Assembly (NCBI RefSeq): GCF_009834535.1
Contig: NC_045697.1
Location: 56,794,001-56,858,000 of the forward strand
Length of the DNA: 64,000 bases
Origin: Camelus ferus
Taxonomy: Eukaryota
Reading direction: 5' to 3'
The position numbers and the translations under genes are program-made. The notes beneath the pieces were generated by a model. The model worked only from the letters and a program-made list of their open reading frames with translations, searched no databases and was not told the origin of the DNA. Of this stretch, positions 52,226 to 64,000 are shown one piece after another (position 1 is the first letter of the stretch; the number at the start of each line of letters is the position of its first letter).

Positions 52226-52277
<52 letters not shown>
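52226..52277. repeat. Perfect (CA)n microsatellite, ~26 units
   Basis: Seen directly. Confidence 0.95.
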
Positions 52278-52280
<3 letters not shown>

Positions 52281-52739
52281 GCAGAGTGCTATATGATTTA
52301 GAGGGTTTTGCTATAATTTCTTTTTCATCATACAGGGAGAAACACACAAGATACATCATTCGTTCATTAAATGAATTTTTAGACAAAATAACAAAAGAAA
52401 TCTGATTATATTCACTTGTGACCTTGAAAATTCCATTAATGTGAAATCTATATATCAGACAAAGATTTCAAATTCCTTCTCTTACTTTCAGTTTTAACTA
52501 TCTAGAGAATTTCTTCTTAAGTATAAAATAATTTTATGGGACATTAATTGTAATTATATACTCTTCCTATCAATCTTTAAATGTTTACATTTTCTAGACC
52601 TAAACCAAGACTTCTTTCATTGTATGAAAAAGGTGAAGAGTGGTGTGCACAAGTGAAACTCTAAAACTTGCACAATACAATAATTATATAGCATAAATAT
52701 ACATTAATTTTTTAAAGCAGTATATCTGATATTTCCAAA

Positions 52740-54325
52740 GGATTAGAGAGAACAATATCTACAGCTCAGCATGCCAAGAACAGTTAGTTCCTTTTGCCAT
52801 TTGTTAGAGTGAAAATCTCACAATTCATAATTCATGAGACACTAGGTAGTGTTCCCAGAAGTATTTTGCCTCTGAATTGGGGGAATTTTAGTCCCAGATT
52901 AAGTACTCTTCTGTACCCTACTAAAAAACTTAAAGAAAAGATTCAAAAGGATCTTAACTGGGTCTGGAATTAAAGCTTAATGATGTTTCGGGGATTAAAA
53001 AATGTCTAGTGCCCATCAGGTTGTAATTTTAAAATATCTGTCATCACATTAAAAATGATCAGTTATACAGAAAAGCAGGAAAACTTGATTAATCAATTGA
53101 AACCAATACAGAGATTTAGTGATTAAAGAAATAGTAGACAAAGATCTTAAAACAAAAATTATGACTGTATTCCACATGCTTACGAAGCTAAGTATATGTT
53201 AAACAGAGACAAGGAAGATATAAAAAAGACCCAACTAGAATACCACAGATGAAAACTACAATGTCTGAGAATATCCTGGATGGAATTAACAGCAGATTAG
53301 AAATTGCTAAAGAATGTATTAGTGAATTTGTGATTTCATGAATTTGACCATGTACATGGCAAAAGAAACTACACAAAATAAAACAGAGAAAAAATGGAAA
53401 CAAAAATGAACAGAGCATTAGTGAGCTCTGGGAAAGTTTTAAGTGGCCTCATATGATTGTAACTGGAGAACTCAAAAGATAAGGGTAAAAAGAGCCAATT
53501 GAAAGAATGCTTGAGGAAATAATGATAAAGTATTTCTCAAACGTAAGTAAACAGTGAAACAGCAGACCCATGTTGGAAAATGTACGTCAACTACAGTTCC
53601 AGGGCCAGGATGGGAAAAAGGGAAGTATATATATTGTTGTAAGGTTCTTATACTACATATGAAGTGCTATAATATGCCCTGGGAGTAGGTTGTGCTACAT
53701 GAAAGATATATACAATAAACTCTAAAGCAACCATTATTGGCCAAAATAATTATAGCTACAATTCCAACAAAGTAGATTATAAAGGACTCATAACATGTTA
53801 CACCCAAAGACAGTAGAGAAAGGACAAAAAGGAAAAATGGTCAGTCAGAACAAGCAGAAATTACATAGCAAGGTGGTGTATTCATCCAAAAGTATCAAAA
53901 ACACTAAATGCAAACATCAGCTTAATTAAAAACCAGATATGTTTAAATGTATAATATTTGCAAGAGTCAATTATACACTGCTATAAGAAACCAACTTTAA
54001 ATGTAAAATACAAACAGGTTAAAGTTAAAAGGATGGAAAAAAGATACCCCGTTGTTACACAATTGAAAAGAAAGTTAGACTGACTATATTTATATATCAG
54101 GTATCCCTGGGGATATATGTATGTGGCAGAGAGGTGTAAAGCAGGAGGGAGAGGAAGTAGCTATTACAAAGGGGTGTGAGGAGATTTTGGAGCGATAATA
54201 GGTTCATTACCTTGATTGTGGTCCTGGTTCATGAGCAGATACATATGTCAAAACTTACCAAATTTTACACTTTAAATACTTTCAGTGTATTATACATCAG
54301 CTACATATCAATAATTCTGTTTAAG
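52740..54325 (+). mobile_element. Old LINE-1 remnants (ORF1-region and 3'-end pieces, L1MC/ME-like)
   Basis: 'ctggatggaattaacagcagattaga', 'aatgaacagagcattagtgagctctggga', 'aggttaaagttaaaaggatggaaaaagatac', 'ttaccttgattgtggt..atgtcaaaacttaccaaatt'. Confidence 0.75.
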
Positions 54326-57300
54326 AAAGGACACGTTGTCTTGTGAATAGTCTGGTAAACAAGCCATGGATAGAGCACAATTGAAGTGGCTATAAATTTA
54401 AGGTTGTGATACTTGAAAGGAGCTTCTCAGGTAACTCTGAAGTAATTATTCCTTTTCAGCTAACAGTAGCAATTGTAAATCCAAGTATTAAAAGATTTAT
54501 AAAAACACAAATGCATTAGATATGCAAACTATTTTAATTCATTTTTATTAACTCCATCAATTATTACTATTTGCCAATTATCTGTCTCTTGCTCCTGTGT
54601 ATATAGGTGTGAAGAACAACAAAACTGTTCTATTGTCATATAGATTGTATTACAATAAAAGAGACACAGAATAGAAAGAAAATAGATGATGGATACACAG
54701 ATGCATGGGTACATAGGTAGATGGATAGATAGCAATCAGTACGTGTGTGTGTGTGTGTGTGTGTTTGAAAGAGAGAGAGAGAAGGGGGTAGAGAGAAGAC
54801 ATGAACAAGGGAGAGGAGTTCAAGGATTCAGACAGCGGGGTCAAGTGAAGATCTCCTCAAGAATGTGACTTGCTGGAAATCACAGAGCTGTTCACTTAGA
54901 AATTCTCTCCTCCTATTTAGAATATCTGTACTATAGGATGTATCCTTCCCTAAAATCTTGAGAATAGGTTTTTTTTTTTTATTTTGGAAATTATAGATTC
55001 AGTATTATTCTAAGTTACTCTAATCAAATAACCACAGATAAACAGTAAAACAATATAACTATTTATAAGCAAATTCCGTAGACAGCTTTATGTCAGCTCA
55101 AGCCAGAATTTGATCTCATGTCATTTCCAGCTGGCCAGATTTTTCACCCAGGAAGGCAAGGAAAAACTTGTATCTGTACAATCCTACTGAACACAGCTTG
55201 GGAATCCTAGACTAACTTTCTGTCTTTCTCAGTTAGCTGCTGGTTAGGTTACAGCATAGCCATAAAGGGACTGGAAAGGAAAGGATGCGTGTAAGGGATA
55301 AAGGAAAATAAAATGCACAGACAATTAACTCTACCGAGCATATTAAATAAGTATGATAGGAAGGAGTTAAGGTTTTAGAACAAGAGAACCTAGGTTTTAA
55401 ACTTGACTTCAACATGAATAAGGTATGGGACCTTAAACAACTGACCTGAAATATCTAAAATTCAGTTTAACTACTTGAAATATGGCTGTAATAATACAGT
55501 TAAGAAAGGCTTTCAGAACTTGGAAATAAAGCTAAAAGGTGAGTGGTTATACAGGAATAAAGACCCACCTGAGGACTAATTAATTATTTGGGAAATGTGC
55601 TTTGTCCATTCCCTGCTTACTGTTTATTAAAGGTCTCAGAATTAGTGAACTTACACATTACTTGTAGACTTTTGTCTGGTAGAGATGTAAATTTGTTTCT
55701 GACCAGTGGAAAATATAACCTCAAAGTTTATGGTTTATAATCTTGTAGAATATTAACCACATTAATCACTTTTGTAGCTAACCATCAGTTTTATCCTAAT
55801 ATTATTTAATTAAAATGCCTATCAATGACCAGATCCTCAAATGCAATTTGAAACAGCCTTACTATATTATAGATTCCAGTATGCATGACTTGAATAAAAT
55901 ATTTTATACATATAAATTTATATTTGTGTAAGGGTCATATATTTAACATTTTGAAAATTATACTTTAACAATACTAACATGGTGAGGCTGGTTCAAGAAT
56001 TAAATGAGATAATCTAGGAAAATGGTAGCACTCAGTAACTTGGTATATGTTAATTTTTGTTTTATCATTATTAGTATTTTGTTTTTCTTTAGAAATTGCC
56101 TTGTACGTATGGCACAGAGCAATATAATGGTTGCCTAGATGCATCTGTGAAGCATGTTATTAAGTAAGACATAACTGTTTATAAATCTTCTTAGATCTCA
56201 GCAGAAATTCTCTAAGTGCTAGATAGCCTTTGGGGTGGGGGTGGGGAGTGGTGATCTTCCTTTCAGAGAAGAAGGGAACTCAAGAACTGTAATTTTGTCC
56301 ATTTAGATATTTTGTATAGCTTCAACCATGAAGAATGCTGTCAGGTTTCATCAATTTCCAGGAAGCATTTCATGATCCTTTTTATACCTAGGCAACTCAA
56401 ACCTTAGGATAGGAAGCAAGAAAAAAAATACTAATTTTTTTTGCTTTGTAGGCCCTTTTTATAACATTTTATAACTTTTGTTTTTATTTAATTGTACAGC
56501 AACCCTCTGTGGAAGTTAATATCATGTCCATTTTATGGATGTAAACACTAAGGCTCAAGGAGTTTATTTTTTTAATATCATAATATCCATTTGTTACAGA
56601 ACCTGTATTTGAATCATTCGTCAATGTGCAAAGCTTTTTTTAAAAATCAATATTGTACAATCTTTTAGAATGCACAAAAATATCCAAAGGTTATTCTTTA
56701 TATCTTTAGTAGCAACTTCTGTGTCTGGAAATTAGAAATCATGCTTTACTTGAACTTGTATAAAAGGTCTCCTGCATCAAGACCGGAATCTTTGTCTCCT
56801 TTGATAGAAGTGTATTTTTTTCCCCATGAGACCAGCATTTCACACCTCATGCAGACAGGTGCTAACTACAACATGCTTAATCTTCATCTGTATATGGAAT
56901 ATGTTCTTTCTTTCCTTTTTACTGAAAATGTCTACATTTAACTTAAAAATTCAGATGAATGTTTATAGATTATATGGATAGAACTACGGCTTTTCTGGTT
57001 ACATTACTAATATACTTAAATACTTAAGCTAACATGAGCCAAACTGTCCAACTGTAGAACTCCAACTTTAAATATTTTGCTCTACAGCTTATCATAAACT
57101 CACGGAAATTTTATTTCTCACACTAACATGATCTGAAAATCAAAGTTAAATAATAGGACTAAAACTAAAACATTGAATCATTTGGCAGTCTATAACAAAA
57201 ACAAAGCAGTGATTATTTAAAATAAGCTCTTTTAAATCACATGTACAAACTGTGGGTTTATGATTATGGCTCCTGTTTGAGAATTGCCAATTTACAGAGC

Positions 57301-57563
57301 TATGGTATGCTTAAATATGAGGCTGTCTTTAAAAGTAGCTGAGCATTATCTGCATTTACATAGCGGCAATTACTAACTACAACAGTGCACAATAATTCAA
57401 ATGCCACTGCAGAGTTATATCCTGATAACAAAAACCACTGACTCAGGTCTTTCTTCAGACAGTGGATTAGAAAACAAAGAATGGAGTGAGTACTCTGGAG
57501 ATGTCTTGCATGTGTTGTCTAGAAAGAAAAGAGAAATGCTGCTGTATGAACTATGGCCATTCT

Positions 57564-57705
57564 ATAAATCAAATGATTTACGATTTTGGGTTTGAATTAT
57601 GCAATTCACAAAAGTGTTCTCTGAGTACAAACCTGACAGGAATGAAAATATGCTGTACTCTGACAGTCAGCATCCCCAACTCGTATTATCTGTGAGAACT
57701 GACAG
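57564..57705. promoter_or_regulatory. Candidate enhancer: PBX-HOX and MEIS/TALE motif cluster
   Basis: TGATTTAT on the minus strand (57564-57571), ATGATTTACGA (57573-57583), and CTGACAG three times (57633, 57660, 57699), in DNA with no recognisable repeat. Confidence 0.45.
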
Positions 57706-58539
57706 GAAGCAGACAAAAAGACAGTTATTAAATGTATATAAAATATGAGTATGTATTATTTTAATTTTAGTTCCATTTTGAGAGGTCTTAAATGCCTTAA
57801 GTGCTTCATATGAAGACCTTACCTAATGCTCACAGCTACCCACTGGATCCTTATTATCTCTGTTTTCTGGAAAGAGACATTCTGAGTTATAAAATAATAA
57901 ATTTAACAAACAACAGATCAAAGGTCAAATAGCTCATTAAGTAACAAATAGAAGACTCGAATCTGTCTCCCTGCTTGGAGGGCCACTTCTTTGTCCCTTT
58001 GACCATGTACTTAGCAGCTCACAGCACCTCTGATGTATCCCATCAAAGCCATCCAAAAGGTGACCAGATGTGACTGGAGTGAGACACAAGTGTCAATGGT
58101 GTGTTGGCCTTGATAGTTTGTATTTAACATAACTACAAGTTCAGTAAGAATTTGAACTATTTGTTTTTAATTTAATTGTTGACTATTTTGCATTCCTTAA
58201 TGTTTGTGGTGCTGCATGCAGTTAACTAATGAGACCATTCTAAGGCCCAAGTACATAACAGTCGGAACTCCCAGGGTAACAAATTGGGAACAAATAAATA
58301 TTAGGTTCCATGGAAATATATATAATATACATATATATGTGATATAATATATATATCATCTATGTCATATATATGGCAGAAAGAATGAAAAATAAAACTG
58401 TGTATGTGTAGTTCCCATTTTGAACATTTCTTTTAAAAACCAGATTTCAAAGTTACTTAAAAATACATTTAAAAATTTTATTGTTTTCTGGATGCCTAAT
58501 AGTGCATCCAGACTATTACACTACTAATATACTTAAGTA

Positions 58540-58725
58540 TTTTCTTCATGTTGGCTCTATGACCTTGGGCAAATTACTTAGCCCTTAGAGAGTTTCAACT
58601 CATAAAATGAGGATAATAAAACTAGTCATTTTGTAAGTTAAGTTTTGAGAGAATAAATGAATGAATATATTGAAATTTTATATAACAGTGCCTAAAAGAG
58701 TAAGTGTTTAATAAATGTTATTCAT
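58540..58725 (+). mobile_element. MIR SINE
   Basis: 'tatgaccttgggcaaattacttagccc..ataaaatgaggataata..taacagtgcct..agtaagtgtttaataaatgtta'. Confidence 0.7.
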
Positions 58726-59119
58726 CAAAAGAAGTCACACATTAAAAAAAATTAAGATATTCTGTTAAGAACCTAATAACTTGGGCTGCTAGAATATAGA
58801 CAATTTAGGTCTTAGTCTTGACCTGTGATTTTTTATCAGATATACAAGTTTTTTAAACCTTTCTTTCCTCATTGATTTTAAAAGCATATTAATATGTATC
58901 CTGCTTATCTCACTGAGTTGGTTAAGATAGAGTAATATAATAAACAAATCAGTTAAAATCAGTTGACAAGTTTTAAATTCTATTATCTTCTGTAATATTA
59001 AACAAGTGAAATAATAGAAGTAATCTTCACTGATATCTTTAAAAAACATACTTTAACATATTTTAATATAAAAATTAAGTAAGATCAAATTTAAGGAAAT
59101 TTAAACAATAACACTATCA

Positions 59120-59420
59120 AATTTTAGTTGTGTGTATACTATGTCCCAAACATTGTACTACACATTTCACATGTATGTTTTCTCATTTAATCTACAATAT
59201 CAAGATACAATGTTGGTGTTATAACATCAACAACATAGTTTTTTTTCATTTAATTCATAACATAATCAATATACAGTCTGTTAGTATTTACATTTTACCA
59301 ATGAGGAAACTGCAAAGTTAAGTAATATACCCAAAGCTAGTAATTAACAAGATTTAGAATTCAAATTCAGTTGCATTGCATTTTATGCCTGAACTGAAGC
59401 TCTTACCACAATGATATGCT
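59120..59420 (-). mobile_element. MIR SINE
   Basis: 'tctcatttaatct..cattttaccaatgaggaaactgca..aagtaatatacccaaag..gaattcaaattcag'. Confidence 0.65.
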
Positions 59421-60109
59421 GTTTCTCCACTCTAGCTTTACCATCCCTGTAGGGGTCTTCATTAAACTAGAAAAATATTAACACAAGCTACAGTAAGTCT
59501 GTTGTTTTTCACACCAGTCCCTGAAAAGCCAAAAGCAGCTGCCGAGAGTACTTGAGCATGGATCAGGATGGAAATCTTTAGCCCAAGAAGAACAAACATA
59601 CTAAAAATGTTTAATATACAACCTGGAATTCTTAATGGAGAATTATATGATAAGAGGCAGAACGCAGATGTGGATAAATACCTGACTGAAAGTTATAGGA
59701 ACACAATCATAAGAAGAAGTACTAGTCTAAGACTTGGAAAGTAAAAGGTGTCTGACCTAAAACAAACAATAGGAAAGCAAGTCTGAGATGACTGCTCTGT
59801 ATAAACAAAAGGATGTTTGTTATTTAACATTAAGAACTGGAAGCTCTATGCAACGTGAGTGTATTGGCTGGTTTCAGAATTCAAGGGGACTGATTTTGTG
59901 CTTTTCCTATTTTAAGCTTTGTGAGAGGCAAAGTAAAGCCTTTAGTCCTTCCATGACTGTAATCCACTATTAACATTTTCTTATATTATTATTATAATTC
60001 ATTTTGTTGTAAGTCCAATTCATTACCAATTTTAATACTGCAAAAATGTGTTTCTAAATGCCTTTTGCCATATGCAGACACTGCCTCTGTTAAGTTGGAG
60101 AGGAGAGGA

Positions 60110-61330
60110 CAGTTAATCTTTTTAAGCACCTAATTTGTACTATCCACTGGGAATATGACAGTGAATTGAACTTTCAAGATCATTCCCCTAAGGAGGTTAT
60201 ATTTCAAGGTTAGAGATATTAAAACATTTTTATGTGAATAAAAAATGAAATAGATTCAGGTGTTGATAAGATAATGTAGAGGCAATGATCTGTCATTTCC
60301 ATTTGAACAGAGAAGTAAGGGAAAAACTTTGTGTGTATTTGTGGGAAAATATTTTGGTCAGAAGGCATGACATATTCAAAGGCCAAGCTGGGAATGAGAT
60401 TGACAGGCTGAATGCTATGTTCCCTCCCCCCTCCCCCAATGCATATGTTAAATCCTGACTCCCAATGTGATGATATTAGGATGTGGGGCCTTTCAGAGGT
60501 GACTAAGCATGATGGTGGAGCCCTCAGGAATGGGACAAATCCCCTTATAGAAGAGACTCCAGAGAACTCCCAGCCCCTTCGGCCCTGTGAGGACACAGCC
60601 AGAAATGGGCTCTCACCAGAGACAGAATCTTCTTGCACCTTGATCTTGGATTTCCCAGCCTCCAGAACAGTAAGAAATAAATGCTTGTTGTTTAAGCCAC
60701 CCAGTCTGTGGTATTGTTATATTAACCTGAACTGAACACATACCCAGATGATATCAAGGAGATTGTTTGGGCTGGACTGTGGTAAATGAGCGAGAGTTTG
60801 GCAAGATACAAGTTCAGAAAGGGAAACAGGACAATCACACTGACCTTGCCTCCTAGAGTAAGAAATTTGGATGTTACTCTAGTGACGGCCAGATATTGGT
60901 ATGAGTTTCATCATTTACGAATTCGCATCTGATGAGGATTGGATGGGTCGTTTGGACTAGACGTAGAAAACAGACAAGTAAGGAAGAGTTAAGAGGTTGG
61001 CACAGGAGTCTAGTCAAGAGTGAATGATGACTTGAACTAAGCTTATGAAGATGAAATTGAAGAGAGAGGTAAAACAGGAAGGGTTTGGCAATGAACTGGT
61101 CATTGAGTCTAAGCAACAGTGAATGATGAGCCTGTTTACTAGACAGATAACATCTGAGGTGAGCATATTTAGAAGGGAGATATGAATAATTGTGTTTTAG
61201 AAATTTAAGTTTGATATATTATGAGCTATCACAGAATGTTGAGTAGGTCATTGGAGATACAATCCTAGAGCTCAGATCTAGACTGGAAATAAATTTGAGA
61301 ATCATGGATTGTGATATAATGTGAGTAAGC
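60110..61330 (-). mobile_element. Degraded LINE-2 interrupted by an MLT1A LTR
   Basis: 'taagcacctaatttgtac', 'gagtaagaaatttggatgttactct', 'aagtttgatatatt', 'gatctagactggaaataaatttgagaatc'. Confidence 0.6.
60412..60740 (+). mobile_element. MaLR solo LTR (MLT1A-like)
   Basis: 'catatgttaaatcctgactcccaatgtgatgatattagg..ccttgatcttggatttcccagcctccagaacagtaagaaataaatgcttgttgtttaagccacccagtctgtggtatt'. Confidence 0.9.
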
Positions 61331-64000
61331 ATGACAACAGACGTGTGGCCAAATTATGTAACATGTCTGGCAGAGCAGGGATGGTTTTATAGAAAATTTT
61401 ACTTTGAAAATAAGATTTTCAAGAGACAACAATATTTAACATTTATTGAGTGTCTATTTTCTATCATGCCCTTTACATATACTATTTCTGGCTGAAAAAC
61501 TTAGGCATTATGAGGAAACTGAGATATAGTGATAATACAGTACTTATAAAAACTATGCAGTCACAAGAACCATGGTGGAACCCACTGTCTTTTTGAGTGA
61601 TCACAAGTGTCCCTTTCCTTTCTAACACACAAATCCTGGATGCGGTCCATCAGAGGAAAGAACAATGTCAAGCAGAAAGAGAGAGCAACAGGACAAACGA
61701 AGGAGATGGAGCAGAGTTTGACTGAAAAACAGAGCTCTCTGTGAGCTGAATTGTGGTATGTGTAGGGGGTAGGTAGAGGTTAGGTGATGAAGCCCAGCAT
61801 GGTTTGTCAAGGATTTTGACCTTGATCATATCCAAAAAGAAGGAGCCACTGAAGACTCTAAGGTGGGGAATGGAACTATCCAGCTGGGATTTCAGGAAAA
61901 TTGAATGTGGAAGTAGCATGGAGATGAAGAAACCTATATTTTTTTAGTTATCATTTAATATAAATAACTATATTTTATAATAAAAGAGATGGATTAGAAG
62001 AGTCAAAAATTCACCATTATTTGTTGATAGCAAATAACAGAAGATCCTAAGCAGTTTACCCTGAAAATTTTAGAATGTGGTTTCTTTAGTTTTTTTTAAT
62101 CATTATTCTCAACAAAACAAATAAAATTCCAAAGACTGTTATAAAATTTACTATATACTACAAAAGCTGTCACCTTTGATCATGTCATTATAAGGTATCA
62201 TAATTAATAACATTTATGAGATTTTGTAATTAAATCTGACAAATTTCCAGAATCCAATATTTGTGGAGTGAAAATACTCTTTTGTCTACCCTCTATATAT
62301 ATTGTACTAATATAGAGAACTTCACATGATTAATGTATGATTAAATGGTACAGGTATTGTGATATTTTACAATACAGATATTTTGCAAAGCCTCTTAGAG
62401 CAGTAAACCATGTACATGTTAACATGTGTACCAATATTTTGCTGAACACCTCACTGACTTCCAAGTCCCATGCACTGGGAATATAGATGAATAAACCATT
62501 TCTTACACTAAAGAGTTGGCATCACACTTACCTACTTACTTTCAGACTCTGGAAAAGACTCTTTATTCTTTAATAAAACTGTCTTTAGGAAGCAAGTATG
62601 GAAGTTTATGATTCAGAGGAGGAGAAGGTTTTTCAATATTCTCCTATATTGGACCTAATTGTTTTTGAGGGTCTTGAAACAACTTCATTCCCTCACAAAG
62701 ATAGAAAATACCAAGAGTAAAAGTAAATATATTGTATTCTTACTTACTTATTACTTGACAAGTTACTCATTACCTGACAAATTAATTAAAATCTCTATGG
62801 TCTCAGTGAATAATCTTAATTCCCACATGTTTTGTTTGCAAATACACACACACATTTCAAAGAAGACAGGACAATATGTCAAGGTACCTTAGTAATAATG
62901 CTTTTAAACTATTATTATAATTATTTTCTCATAGATTATAGCAGTTGATGATCTGTGGAAATAATTGCATAGCTATTAGCCTTAACCAGACAATCTTTTA
63001 TTTCACCAGTGTTGCTGTTCTTCCACTAGGTGTCAGCCTTACACTAGTAACTTTAGGATACTGGCACCAAAGCAAAACGTCATTCACATCTGTTTTACTT
63101 ATTATGTTTTCCGATAGAATTTACCTGGTTAATTGATAATAATAAAAAAGTATAATTCTCTAATGACAATAGAAAAACCATAAACTGGAGTGCAAAGGGT
63201 ATTCAAAAATGAAAACTGTAAACTGATTTACAAATGTGGTGTCTTCAAAAATATTTTAACTTTCATTCTCTTTTATTACAGTTAATGTGTTCTATAGACT
63301 TTCACATATTTTCGGCATTTGATGAACCAGGGCTTGAAAATACCATCGATTTGATAACAATGAAACTCCATGAGGTGCGAGAACCATTTCCATGGTCAAC
63401 AACATAGGAAGGCAAAGCAGTCCCAGCCTACATACCCTCCCACCGCAGCCCTGCCTGTCACTGATCTGATAGAATTCAGAATGGTTATGAGCTTCTCTCA
63501 AACAAAAGTCACTGGCAGCTGCAGAGACAGACCACAAAGGCTTAGAAACTTCAAGGGTATATTTACCATTGGGCTTTAATTACTTTTCTGGCTTTGTGAA
63601 GGGACTGAAATGTCTGACATTTCAATGAGGACGATTCTTTCTCCCAGGTTAGAGAGGAGAATGATGGGTAGCTGAAAGAATTCTGAAGTGTTCTGGGAGA
63701 TGCTGCAAGATCTCAGGTCTGTTTTTTACAATTGAAAAGGAAATACTATTCAAAGGGCTAAAAGGAGGAGGCAGAAGTAGGAGAGTAGAGCAGGGCAGTA
63801 TGACAAGGATGTGCATGGGCTTTAGAGCAATTTTGGTCTAAAGAGAATTTTTTCCACTCAGGTTTTCCCTACTTCTAAAGTAATTTGGTTCAAGTGGGAC
63901 AGATGTGAAAAAACCTGTATAGGTAGAGGGTCAAAACATTATAGAGAAAGGAGTATTTCTTCAATAAAACAAAAAGTACTTAAAAGGTCATCTTTTATAT

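Noticed and set aside
58310..58376. AT-rich quasi-palindrome as a structured RNA or miRNA hairpin
   Set aside because: Low-complexity (TA)n self-complementarity only.
60219..60638. Longest ORF (139 aa, minus) and the overlapping 107-aa plus ORF
   Set aside because: Both lie across an MLT1A LTR and L2 sequence; they are chance ORFs with no protein-family features.
531..63579. Remaining 60-100 aa ORFs in the supplied track
   Set aside because: Composition (F/L/I/Y-rich) mirrors AT-rich DNA, many start at non-ATG codons or lie in repeats, and none resembles a host protein I recognise.

Overview
AT-rich, CpG-depleted mammalian genomic DNA, either intergenic or deep intronic. It is most likely from a camelid, judged from three tRNA-derived SINEs of the vic-1 type and the absence of Alu, BovB/Bov-tA, PRE1 and Can-SINEs. 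I find no credible intact protein-coding gene: the listed ORFs are chance ORFs or pieces of repeats. The window is a layered mosaic of transposable elements: old L1M/L2/MIR, MaLR (MLT1) and other LTRs, two ERV-L coding relics (pol RT/RNase H and dUTPase), Tigger1 and MER33 DNA transposons, younger artiodactyl-type L1 pieces and one young-looking ERV2-like solo LTR. The one host-gene-derived feature is a 5'-complete, 3'-truncated RPS28 processed pseudogene (41789-41966). The best non-repeat signals are a near-consensus CTCF site (~24530) and a compact PBX-HOX + MEIS motif cluster (~57560-57705) that looks like a developmental enhancer. Family names come from remembered consensus sequences, not a database search. 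Boundaries of old repeats are approximate. I found no convincing novel biological system.
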